From Thermoanaerobaculia bacterium (GTDB taxonomy: Bacteria > Acidobacteriota > Thermoanaerobaculia > Gp7-AA8): a stretch of 64,000 bases of DNA. Position 1 is the first letter of the stretch. The number at the start of each line of letters is the position of its first letter. The translations under genes were made by a program, and so were the position numbers. The notes beneath the pieces are model-generated. The model made no database searches and had not been told where the DNA came from. It was given only the letters and a program-made list of their open reading frames with translations. The stretch covers positions 13,590 through 77,589 of the forward strand of contig DATISF010000043.1 of the NCBI GenBank assembly GCA_035468985.1, read 5' to 3'. Shown piece after piece: positions 38,711-47,599 of this stretch.

Positions 38711-40394
38711 TCGTTCTCCTGAGCCAGCGAGCGCGCAGTGCGCTGTCGCCTGTGGTCCGCAACGCGATTTTGACACGCGGATCGGAAGATGCGGCCAGCG
38801 TCATCGTGCGAATCACACCCCGGCGGGCGACCAGCATCTCCACCGGCGTGCCGGCATCGACCGATCGGAGCACCGTCGCCACGTCGCTGTCGGTGATGGT
38901 TCGCGTTCCGTCGATCGCCACGATTTCGTCGCCCGCGAGCAGGCCCGCGTTCATCGCCGCTCCGCCGCGCAGTGCGCTGACGACGGTGAGCCGGCCGTCG
39001 TCGCTCCGCAAGGTGGCACCGAGCGAGGGTTCCGTCTGCTGCGGTGACCATTCGATGCAGACGCCGGCGGTGCCGAGGAGCTCCTCGTACGGCAGCGGAT
39101 CGGTCCCGTGCACATAGCGGTCGAAAAAATCGCCGGCATCGCAGACCGAGGCGACGGCCCGCTCGAAACCCGCTTCGTCGAGCGGTTTTCCAGCACGCCA
39201 CAGGATGCGCATGACGTCATCGAGCGACTTCGCGCCGCCGCTCTCGCGGAGAATCAAGAGATCGAGCAATGCCGAGACGATCTCACCCTTGTTGTAGAAC
39301 GAGATCAGCGCGTTCGGCCTGTCGTGCACGCTGCTTTGCAGCCACGAGTCGAAGCTGGCCTGCGATAGCGACAGATGTTCGCGTCCCGGCTGATTCTCCA
39401 GCGTCTCGATCTCGGTCGCCAGATGCTTGAGATAGCGCATCTCGTCCCACAGGCCGGCGCAGGCGAGCGTCAAGTCGCCGTAGTACGACGTCAGGCCTTC
39501 CATGACCCACAGCAGCCGGGTGAGCGTCTCCTGCGAATAGTCGTACGGCGCGAATGCGGAGGGAAGAATCCGCTTGACGTTCCACAGATGAAAGAACTCG
39601 TGCGAGCAGATGGACAGGAAGTGGTCGTAGCCGGTGTCTCCCTTCCTGGTACCGAGGAGGTCGGAGCGCTTGGCGACAATGGAGCAGGAGGCCTCGTGCT
39701 CCACGCCGTGCCATTGGTCGCCGATGTGAATCAGAAACCGATACTCGCGAAGCGGAAGGCCGCCGAACAACGCAGCCTGAGTGCGCACGATGGCGCGAAT
39801 CGGATCGATGTATTGCTCGGTGTCGATCCGTTCGTCATTCACGAAGATCAGATGGATCATCGCTTCGCCTTCGCTGAACGAATGTCGGGTCAGCGAGGGC
39901 GCGGCGATGACCGGTGAGTCGACGAGGTGGTCGTAGTCGCGAGCCAGAAACGTGTTCTCGTCTTCGCGCCGGAGCTGGGTCTCGATGCGCCACTCCGCCG
40001 GGGCGCCGACGCTCAGGCGAGCGTTCTCGCCGCGCAGCCCCTCCACCATCATGAAGAGATTCGAGCCGTTGAAATACGCCTCCTTCTCGTCGAGGAAACT
40101 CGACCCGGCATCGAGCACGCCCGCGTAGTAGCGATAGCGAACGTTGACGTCCTCCCCCGCTCTGGCGTCCACGCGCCAGGAAGACTTCCCATCCTTCCAC
40201 ATCTCTCGCCGCTCGCCGCCGCGGTCCGCGGCACTCCACCGGGTGACGTTCGCGGCGTAGTTCTGAATCAAATAACGCCCCGGTCTCCACGCCGGCAGGA
40301 GAAGGCGGGGCTCATCCGATGCTGCCGTGAACGAGATGGAGATATCGAATTGGCGTTCGGTTGGCTGCTGCCACGAGATCGTGTACGCGATCAT
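38703..40394 (-). CDS. M61-family (glycyl aminopeptidase-like) zinc peptidase with C-terminal PDZ domain
   Basis: HEFFHLWNV zinc motif. Downstream Glu. C-terminal PDZ (GAAMNAGLLAGDEIVAIDG). Confidence 0.65.
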   Translation of the reverse strand: MIAYTISWQQPTERQFDISISFTAASDEPRLLLPAWRPGRYLIQNYAANVTRWSAADRGGERREMWKDGKSSWRVDARAGEDVNVRYRYYAGVLDAGSSFLDEKEAYFNGSNLFMMVEGLRGENARLSVGAPAEWRIETQLRREDENTFLARDYDHLVDSPVIAAPSLTRHSFSEGEAMIHLIFVNDERIDTEQYIDPIRAIVRTQAALFGGLPLREYRFLIHIGDQWHGVEHEASCSIVAKRSDLLGTRKGDTGYDHFLSICSHEFFHLWNVKRILPSAFAPYDYSQETLTRLLWVMEGLTSYYGDLTLACAGLWDEMRYLKHLATEIETLENQPGREHLSLSQASFDSWLQSSVHDRPNALISFYNKGEIVSALLDLLILRESGGAKSLDDVMRILWRAGKPLDEAGFERAVASVCDAGDFFDRYVHGTDPLPYEELLGTAGVCIEWSPQQTEPSLGATLRSDDGRLTVVSALRGGAAMNAGLLAGDEIVAIDGTRTITDSDVATVLRSVDAGTPVEMLVARRGVIRTMTLAASSDPRVKIALRTTGDSALRARWLRRTNG

Positions 40395-40440
40395 TCAGAG
40401 GTCGAGGATCTTATACTTCGAGCGGGGCACGTCCCTCTGA

Positions 40441-42882
40441 ATGACCGACATCCCGGAATTCATCGATCGTTTCCAAGTCACTCGCATCCTCGGTAAGGGA
40501 GGCATGGGAACCGTCTACCTGGCCCGCGACGAGCGGCTGGGACGGTCCGTGGCCATCAAGCTCCTCAACACCGACGAGGGACTCAGCGAAGAAACGCGCA
40601 TCCGCTTTCTGCGCGAGTCGCGGACCGCGGCGTCGATCCGCCAGCAGAACGTCGCCACGATTTACGAGGTCGGCGAGACCGGCGGCCAGCCGTTCATCGT
40701 CATGGAGTACTGCGAGGGAGAGACGCTTGCGCAGCGCCTCCGCCGCAGGCCGCTCGAGGCCGGCGAGTTCCTCAACATCGCCCGCCAGATTGCCGCGGGC
40801 TTGGCGGCCGCTCACGAAGCGGGCGTGATCCATCGCGACATCAAGACCGCCAACATCATCATCGAGCCGAACGGCCTCGTGAAGATTCTCGATTTCGGCC
40901 TCGCCAAACTGCTGCAGCGCGAGATGGGGCGCGAGAAGCCCTCGTTCGCGTCGACCAGCGGACAGTTCTTCGGAACGCTGCACTTCCTCTCACCCGAGCA
41001 GGCCCGGGGCGGAGCCGCCGACGAGCGCAGCGATCTCTTCTCCGTCGGCGTCGTCCTCTATCAGATGGCTTCGGGACAACTGCCGTTCAACGGCGACGGG
41101 CCACTGCTCGTGCTGGAGAAGATCCGGGACGCCGAGCCCGAGCCGTTCGTTCCGCTCGACTCGGCGTTCCCAACTGCAGCCGCGAGGATCATCAGCAAGC
41201 TTCTGCAGAAGAGTCCGGCCGACCGCTATCAGAACGCGCGCGAACTGCTGCACGACCTCGAGGCGATCGACATGCCGGGGCGCCTGAGCTCGCAGCACAC
41301 GCGGTCGATGCTCGGCCGCACCGTTCACCGGCGAGCCGGCTTGCGGGCCACGATCGCCGCCGCGGCGTTGCTCGTCGTCGGCACCGTGGCCTACCTCGTT
41401 CATCGCTACCAGCCGGCGCCGGCGCCGCAACAACCCGCCGCGCCGAACACGCCGATCCGCTCCATGGCCGTACTGCCTCTGGACAACATCGCCAACAACA
41501 CACGCGACGAATTTCTGTCCGTCGGCCTGGCCGACGCTCTGGTCACGAAACTCCAGGGCATCCAGTCATTGCAGGTTCGTCCGACGTCGGCGGTGCTGGA
41601 GTTCCGCAGCAAGAAGGTCGATCCGAAGAGCGCCAGGGAAAAGCTGCAGGTCGACGGAATTCTCGAGGGCCACTTCCTCGCCGCGGGCGATCTCGTGCGC
41701 GTCAATCTTCAGCTCACCGACACGCGCACCGGCTACAACGTCTGGGCGGACACGATCGACGGCAAGCGCGACAACCTGCTCAAGCTCATCGACGATGTTT
41801 CGGCGCGGACCGTCGCCGGCCTCAATCAGCGCCTCGCCCTCGGCACGCTGCAGGTGCGGCCGCATTCCGAAGCCCGGTCGTCGAATCCGCAGGCGTTCGA
41901 GCAGTATCTGAAGGCGCGGGCGCTCACCGGAAGCCTCGTCCCGAAGGACTACAACGCCCAGATCACGGCGCTGCGGAAAGCGATCCAGCTCGACCCGAAC
42001 TTCGCCGCCGCCTACGCGGACCTCGCCATCGCCATCTCTCTGGGGATCGCCCGCGATCTGGAGCGGCAGGACGCTCTGGAAAAAGCGGAGTTCTACGCGC
42101 GCCAGGCCGTGCGGCTCGATCCCGATCTGCCGCAGGCGCATCTCGCGCTGGGGCGCGTGTTCGTCCGCTATCCCGATCGCTTCCGCGAGTCCGTTCGTGA
42201 AGTCCTTGCCTCGCTCCGGCTCAATCCGAGCGACACGCACGCGCTGAACTCACTGGCCACGTATTTCGTTTCCGCCGGCGACATGCAGAAGTTGCAATGC
42301 ATCAGCGACCGGATCGTACTGCTCGATCCGTCATCGAACGAGGCGAAGATCCGAGGCTACTGGTACATCAACGCCGTCGATCCCGAAGGCGCGTTGCAGA
42401 ACTCGAAGTACGCGCTGGCCTCGAAGGACACGGAGCTGGCCGGCCACGACATCCGCGGCGTCGCCTTCGTTCTGCAGGGCAATGTCGTCGGGGCTGAACA
42501 GGAAGCGAATGCCCTTTCGACGCTCTTCCCGAAGCACTACCTCGGAAAGAGTCTGCGGGCGATGATCGCGGCGGCAAAGGGCGACCGCACCGCATCGGAA
42601 GCGGCGATCCGCTCGTTCGAAGAGGAAGCAAACCGCAACCACTGGGCGGCGATCCGCGTGGCGCTGTGCTACGCGAAGCTCGGCGATCAGCAGCAGGCGG
42701 TCGCCTGGACGAAGCGTTCGTTCGAGCTCGGCCATCACAGCTGGTACGAACTGATCAAGCATCCGTGGTTCGTGCCGCTGCAGAGCAACAAGGACTTCCA
42801 GCAACTGGTGGCGAAGGTGAAGGCGGATATTGACGACGTGCAGGACGACGTGACGGGCGTGTATCAGTTGATCTGTAAGTGA
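40441..42882 (+). CDS. Ser/Thr protein kinase with TM anchor and C-terminal TolB-like/TPR repeat region
   Basis: GKGGMGTVYLA, HRDIKTANIII, DFGLA, a TM segment around 300, then TPR-like repeats. Confidence 0.8.
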   Translation: MTDIPEFIDRFQVTRILGKGGMGTVYLARDERLGRSVAIKLLNTDEGLSEETRIRFLRESRTAASIRQQNVATIYEVGETGGQPFIVMEYCEGETLAQRLRRRPLEAGEFLNIARQIAAGLAAAHEAGVIHRDIKTANIIIEPNGLVKILDFGLAKLLQREMGREKPSFASTSGQFFGTLHFLSPEQARGGAADERSDLFSVGVVLYQMASGQLPFNGDGPLLVLEKIRDAEPEPFVPLDSAFPTAAARIISKLLQKSPADRYQNARELLHDLEAIDMPGRLSSQHTRSMLGRTVHRRAGLRATIAAAALLVVGTVAYLVHRYQPAPAPQQPAAPNTPIRSMAVLPLDNIANNTRDEFLSVGLADALVTKLQGIQSLQVRPTSAVLEFRSKKVDPKSAREKLQVDGILEGHFLAAGDLVRVNLQLTDTRTGYNVWADTIDGKRDNLLKLIDDVSARTVAGLNQRLALGTLQVRPHSEARSSNPQAFEQYLKARALTGSLVPKDYNAQITALRKAIQLDPNFAAAYADLAIAISLGIARDLERQDALEKAEFYARQAVRLDPDLPQAHLALGRVFVRYPDRFRESVREVLASLRLNPSDTHALNSLATYFVSAGDMQKLQCISDRIVLLDPSSNEAKIRGYWYINAVDPEGALQNSKYALASKDTELAGHDIRGVAFVLQGNVVGAEQEANALSTLFPKHYLGKSLRAMIAAAKGDRTASEAAIRSFEEEANRNHWAAIRVALCYAKLGDQQQAVAWTKRSFELGHHSWYELIKHPWFVPLQSNKDFQQLVAKVKADIDDVQDDVTGVYQLICK

Positions 42883-42892
42883 CGGCGAAGCC

Positions 42893-42986
42893 GTCATCCT
42901 GAGCCGCGCAGACGGCGAAGGATCCGGGCGCCGGAAACGGCTCCCACCCCCCAGATCCTTTCGCGCTCTGCGGCGCTCAGGACGCG
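42893..42986. repeat. palindromic intergenic repeat element, copy 1 (between convergent kinase and nadA)
   Basis: GTCATCCTGAGCCGCGCAGACGGCGAAGGATC ... GATCCTTTCGCGCTCTGCGGCGCTCAGGACGC. Right arm contains the nadA stop codon. Confidence 0.6.
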
Positions 42987-43966
42987 GTCGCCTCGAACAT
43001 CCTCTGCAACGCCTTCTCCGCCGGCACGCGGATCTCTTCCGGCACCTCGATCTCGTAGCGCATGAATTTCAACGAGTCGCGCACGTCCTCGAGGCGCGTC
43101 ACCTTCATGAACGTGCAGAGCTTGCATCCTTTGACGAACACTTTCTCAGGCACTTCCATCGCCAGGCGATCCGACAAGCCGCATTCCGTGACGACCAGAA
43201 AGCGCTTCGCTGGACGCTCCTTCGCGTAGCGCACCATTCCCGACGTGGAAAGCACGGCATCGGCGAGGCTGGCCACATCGGGCCGGCATTCGGGATGAAC
43301 GAGGATCTCCAGATCGGGATCGGCCTTGCGAATGCGATTGATCTCCTCCGGCGTGATCTGCTGATGCACGTAGCAGTAGCCGTCCCAGGGAATGATGTTC
43401 TTCTCCTTCACCTGCTCGGCGACGTGATTGGCCAGATTGCGGTCGGGAACGAAGAGGATGTTCTTGTTCGGAAGCGTGCGCACGACCTTCGCCGCATTGC
43501 CCGAGGTCACGATGACGTCGGAGAGCGCCTTCACCGCCGCCGTTGTGTTGACGTAGCTGACCACGGCCAGATCGGGAAAGTCCTTCCGCAACTCCTCGAT
43601 GCGCGCGGCCAGGTCTTCGGCCGGAGCAGAATCGGCCAACTGACATCCGGCGAGGAGATTCGGCAGAAGCACGGTACGCGACGGATTGACGATCTTCGCC
43701 GTCTCGGCCATGAAATGGACGCCACAGAAGTCGATGACATCGGCGTCCTTGACCTTCGACGCCATCAGAGCCAGCTCCAGAGAGTCGCCGACGAAATCGG
43801 CGACCTTCAGGATCTCGGGCCGATAGTAGTTGTGAGCGACGATGACCGCGTTCCGCTCTTTCTTGAGCGCGCGAATCTCCTCGTGCAGCTCCTCGAACTC
43901 GCGGACGTCTTCCTTTGTGTACTCGTAGGTTGCGACCCGGCTCAGCTCTTCGAACAGCGTCGACAT
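42977..43966 (-). CDS. nadA: quinolinate synthase NadA
   Basis: 329 aa. AVIVAHNYYRPEI and HPECRPDV blocks. Cys ligands for the 4Fe-4S cluster. Confidence 0.85.
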   Translation of the reverse strand: MSTLFEELSRVATYEYTKEDVREFEELHEEIRALKKERNAVIVAHNYYRPEILKVADFVGDSLELALMASKVKDADVIDFCGVHFMAETAKIVNPSRTVLLPNLLAGCQLADSAPAEDLAARIEELRKDFPDLAVVSYVNTTAAVKALSDVIVTSGNAAKVVRTLPNKNILFVPDRNLANHVAEQVKEKNIIPWDGYCYVHQQITPEEINRIRKADPDLEILVHPECRPDVASLADAVLSTSGMVRYAKERPAKRFLVVTECGLSDRLAMEVPEKVFVKGCKLCTFMKVTRLEDVRDSLKFMRYEIEVPEEIRVPAEKALQRMFEATAS

Positions 43967-44002
43967 GTCGGCTTCAACCGCAGCGAGATCGGCGGCATTT
44001 CG

Positions 44003-44284
44003 TCACGGGTCCGCCGGCCGGAGAAGGATCACTGTCGCGCCCCAACCGCCGCCGGACGGGTCGGCATCTTGAAAATCCTCGACCCATTCGAGCGACTGCA
44101 GCAGCGCGCGGATGATCTCCCGCTGCACGCCGATCCCGCGCCCGTGGATCAGCCGCACCTGGCGAAATCCGCGCGCCCGCGCCTCCGTCAGATAGTCGAG
44201 CGCGACACCCCGAACCTCCGCAGCCCGAAAGGGATGCAGGTCGAGGACATCTTCGATCGGGATCTCGTGGGCGTCGTCGTCCAA
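44003..44284 (-). CDS. stand-alone Smr-domain protein
   Basis: LDLHPF...LIHGRGIGV pattern of Smr. Confidence 0.5.
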   Translation of the reverse strand: MDDDAHEIPIEDVLDLHPFRAAEVRGVALDYLTEARARGFRQVRLIHGRGIGVQREIIRALLQSLEWVEDFQDADPSGGGWGATVILLRPADP

Positions 44285-44333
44285 GGCGCCGGATTATGCG
44301 ATACTCTCGCGTTAACTCGACGGCGAGGCATTT

Positions 44334-45464
44334 ATGGTCCTCTTCAATCACGCGACACGCGAGATGACGGCGAAGATCGTCTATTACGGTCCCGGGCTCT
44401 GCGGGAAGACGACGAATCTCATGGTCATCTTCGACAAGCTCGACCCGAAGTCCAAGGGGAAGATGCTGTCGCTGGCTACCAAAACCGACCGCACACTCTT
44501 CTTCGACCTGCTGCCGGTCGATATCGGCAAGGTCGGCAATTTCAACCTCAAGATCCAGCTCTACACCGTCCCAGGACAGGTCTTCTACAACGAGACGCGC
44601 AAGCTCGTTCTCAAAGGCGCTGACGCGATCGTTTTCGTCGCGGACTCGCAGAGGTCCATGGTCGACTCGAACAAGGAGAGCTTCAAGAATCTCCTCGAGA
44701 ACATGAACGAGAACCAGATCGACCCCGAGGACACGCCGATCCTGATCCAGTACAACAAACGCGACATCCCCGGCGTGCCGCCCGTCGACGAGCTTGAAGA
44801 GCTGGTCGGCCTCGAAGGCTATCCGCACACCGAGGCCTCGGCTCTCAAGGGCGACGGAGTCATGGAGACGTTCAAGACGGTCTCCAAGATGACGGCCAAG
44901 CACCTCTTCAATCGGCTCAAGGGAAAGAGCGAACCGATCGACCGGAAGAAGGCCGCCGCCACGGCGAAGGCCGAGAAGAAGAGCGGCAAGGCGAAGGCCG
45001 CGCCCGCACCGGAACCACCTCCGTTCGAGGAGGCGCCGCCGTTGACATCGTTCCCTGACACGGTCCCGTTCCCCGAGGCCAGCGAGAATCCGCCTGACGC
45101 GGGATACGAGAAGATGGAAGAGGTCTCACTCGAACAACTTCTGCAGGAAGGGCGCGAGCGGCCTGCGACATTTGCCGGGAACATCGCCGTCCCGATCGAG
45201 GTCGAAGACGTCGAAGAGCTCGGAGCCGAGGAAATGGTCGACGAGCCTGTTGCGGTGGCAGTGATGGACGAGCCGCAGCCGTCGAAAAAGAAGGCTTCTG
45301 CCGCCGCTGCACCGGCTGGACGGGGTCAGGCCGGCCTCGAAGCGCAGGTCCGCGATCTCGAGCAGCAGATCGAAACGCTCAAGTCGAAGCACCGCGACGA
45401 GCTCGAAGCGATCCTTCGCCAGCTCGGCGAGCTCACGGCACGCGTTCGCCAGCAGCTCGGCTGA
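44334..45464 (+). CDS. mglA: MglA-family Ras-like GTPase with ~180-aa low-complexity/coiled-coil C-terminal extension
   Basis: AKIVYYGPGLCGKTTNL, DRTLFFDLLP, LYTVPGQVFY, VADSQ, QYNKRD all match M. xanthus MglA blocks. The extension is Pro/Glu/Ala-rich with a terminal coiled coil. Confidence 0.7.
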   Translation: MVLFNHATREMTAKIVYYGPGLCGKTTNLMVIFDKLDPKSKGKMLSLATKTDRTLFFDLLPVDIGKVGNFNLKIQLYTVPGQVFYNETRKLVLKGADAIVFVADSQRSMVDSNKESFKNLLENMNENQIDPEDTPILIQYNKRDIPGVPPVDELEELVGLEGYPHTEASALKGDGVMETFKTVSKMTAKHLFNRLKGKSEPIDRKKAAATAKAEKKSGKAKAAPAPEPPPFEEAPPLTSFPDTVPFPEASENPPDAGYEKMEEVSLEQLLQEGRERPATFAGNIAVPIEVEDVEELGAEEMVDEPVAVAVMDEPQPSKKKASAAAAPAGRGQAGLEAQVRDLEQQIETLKSKHRDELEAILRQLGELTARVRQQLG

Positions 45465-45508
45465 TGTACAATTTCCCGGCCCACAACTTATTCGGAGGAA
45501 AATCAACC

Positions 45509-46297
45509 ATGCGTCGTACTCTGCTGGCAGGTCTCTGTCTGGTCATTGCTCTGTCCGGCTGTAAAGCGAAAGAGCTCGCCGAAAAGGCGGCTATCTCCCG
45601 CGATCTCGATAAGCACGGCACGACCGATCTCATGAAGAAGGTCGCCGATGACAAATACACCCCGCCGGCGGACGGCAAGCTCACCGACGCCCAGGTCCAG
45701 ATGTACCTGAAGGTCCGCGAGCACGAGAAGCAGATCGCGCAGGTCGCGAAACAGGAAGCGCAGCAGCACGCTGACGCCGCGAAGAAAGCCGGCGAGAAAT
45801 CGATCTCCGGCATGATGGAGAGCTTCAAGACGCTCGGATCGGTCGCCGACCTCGTCACCGCCGACATCCGCGCCGCCAAAGACCTCGGCTACAACACCCA
45901 GGAGTACCTCTGGGTGAAAGGCCAGATCATGGCCGTCAGCACCGCGGCGATGACCGAGAAGATGATGACCGCCGGCAACGCCGCGCTCGACAACATGTAC
46001 GACCAGACGAAGAAGGCGTATGAGCAGGCCACCGACGAGACGCAGAAGAAAGCGCTCGGCGAGAGCCTGGCCGAATTCGACAAGCAGAAGAAGGATCGCC
46101 AGGCCGAGGCGGCGAAGAAGGACCCGGCGCTCGAGTACAACAAGCAGGTGGTCTCGAAGTACGAGAGCGCGCTCAATGCGTTCACGCAGGAGCTTGCGAA
46201 GTACGAAGACAAGCCGGGCGAGACCGAGAAGAAGATGCAGGATTGGCAGAAGGATATGGACAAGGCCGCGGCCGACGCCAAGAAAGGCCAGCAGTAG
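45509..46297 (+). CDS. lipoprotein, Lys/Glu/Ala-rich helical, hypothetical
   Basis: Lipobox LVIALSGC. GGAGGA SD upstream. 262 aa of low-complexity helical sequence. Confidence 0.5.
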   Translation: MRRTLLAGLCLVIALSGCKAKELAEKAAISRDLDKHGTTDLMKKVADDKYTPPADGKLTDAQVQMYLKVREHEKQIAQVAKQEAQQHADAAKKAGEKSISGMMESFKTLGSVADLVTADIRAAKDLGYNTQEYLWVKGQIMAVSTAAMTEKMMTAGNAALDNMYDQTKKAYEQATDETQKKALGESLAEFDKQKKDRQAEAAKKDPALEYNKQVVSKYESALNAFTQELAKYEDKPGETEKKMQDWQKDMDKAAADAKKGQQ

Positions 46298-46304
46298 TTT
46301 CACT

Positions 46305-46380
46305 TCATCCTGAGCGGCGCAGACGGCGAAGGATCTCTGGCACGAGATCCTTCCGCCTCGCTTGACTCGGTGTCAGGATG
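46305..46380. repeat. palindromic intergenic repeat element, copy 2
   Basis: TCATCCTGAGCGGCGCAGACGGCGAAGGATCTC ... GAGATCCTTCGCC...TCAGGATGA. Confidence 0.6.
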
Positions 46381-46388
46381 ACGGCCGC

Positions 46389-47516
46389 ATGCGTCTCTTT
46401 CCGTACCACATCGAATGCTCGAATTGCGCGGCGCAGTACGCGCCGCGCAATCTCCACAACCTCTGTACGAAGTGCGGCGGGCCCTTGCTCGTGCTCTACG
46501 ACCTCTCCCCCGCTCTCGAGCTGCGCGCTCGCGTCCGCATGCGCAGCAGCACGATGTGGCGGTTCGCGGAGGTCCTTCCCGTCGAAGAGACCGACGAGGT
46601 GATCTCGATCGGCGAAGGCGCGACGCCACTCCTGACCTCACGCTCCACGCCCAATCTTTTCATCAAGGACGAGTCGAAGAATCCCACGCGATCGTTCAAG
46701 TCGCGCGGAATGGCTGCCGCCGTCACGATGGCCAAGAACCTCGGCGTCAGGAGTCTTGCCGCTCCGACGGCCGGCAACGCCGGTTGTGCGCTCGCCGCGT
46801 ACGGCGCGCGCGCCGGTCTCCCGGTTTTCGTGGCCATGCCGAAGGACACACCGGCATCGATCATCGATGAATGCCGCTCCTACGGCGCCGAAGTCGAGCT
46901 CGTGGCGGGAGTGATCACCGACGCCGGCAAGCGCGTCCAGAAGTACATCGCCGAGAACGGCGGCTTCGATCTCTCGACCCTCAAGGAGCCGTACCGCATC
47001 GAGGGAAAGAAAACGATGGGCTACGAGCTGCTCGACGATCTCGGCCGCCTTCCGGACGTGATCCTTTATCCCACCGGCGGCGGCACAGGCCTCATCGGCA
47101 TGTGGAAAGCCTTCGATGAAATGCAGCGCCTCGGCTGGATCGGATCCGAGCGGCCGCGCATGTTCACGGTGCAGTCGAGCGGCTGCGCCCCGATCGTCCG
47201 CGCATTCGACCAGAAACTCGATTCCGCTCCGGAGTGGGAGTCGCCGCACACCGCCGCCTGGGGACTGCGGGTGCCGCGGGCGGTGGGCGACCGGCTGATG
47301 CTGCGGGCATTGCGGGACTCGCACGGTGGAGCGATCGCGGTGCCGGAAGAGAAGATCGAGGATGCGGCTGCGGAACTGCGCACGCGCGAGGGCGTGGACG
47401 CGGGTCCGGAGGGAGGGGCCGCGCTCCTCGCCTATGAGATGCTGCGAGCCAACGGATCGATCCGCGCCGAGGAATCGGTGGTGTTATTCAATACGGGTGG
47501 CAATAAATATCACTGA
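46389..47516 (+). CDS. thrC: threonine-synthase-family PLP-dependent enzyme with N-terminal zinc ribbon
   Basis: TRSFKSRG PLP-lysine motif. Gly-rich loop YPTGGGTGLIG. N-terminal CSNC...CTKCGG. Confidence 0.7.
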   Translation: MRLFPYHIECSNCAAQYAPRNLHNLCTKCGGPLLVLYDLSPALELRARVRMRSSTMWRFAEVLPVEETDEVISIGEGATPLLTSRSTPNLFIKDESKNPTRSFKSRGMAAAVTMAKNLGVRSLAAPTAGNAGCALAAYGARAGLPVFVAMPKDTPASIIDECRSYGAEVELVAGVITDAGKRVQKYIAENGGFDLSTLKEPYRIEGKKTMGYELLDDLGRLPDVILYPTGGGTGLIGMWKAFDEMQRLGWIGSERPRMFTVQSSGCAPIVRAFDQKLDSAPEWESPHTAAWGLRVPRAVGDRLMLRALRDSHGGAIAVPEEKIEDAAAELRTREGVDAGPEGGAALLAYEMLRANGSIRAEESVVLFNTGGNKYH

Positions 47517-47599
47517 TTATTTGTAGCGTTGCTAGAATGCTCGCGGTCGTTTCCCACTGAAACAAGATCTGCCGCCCGCTTCTGCGGCCCGGAGGCCTC

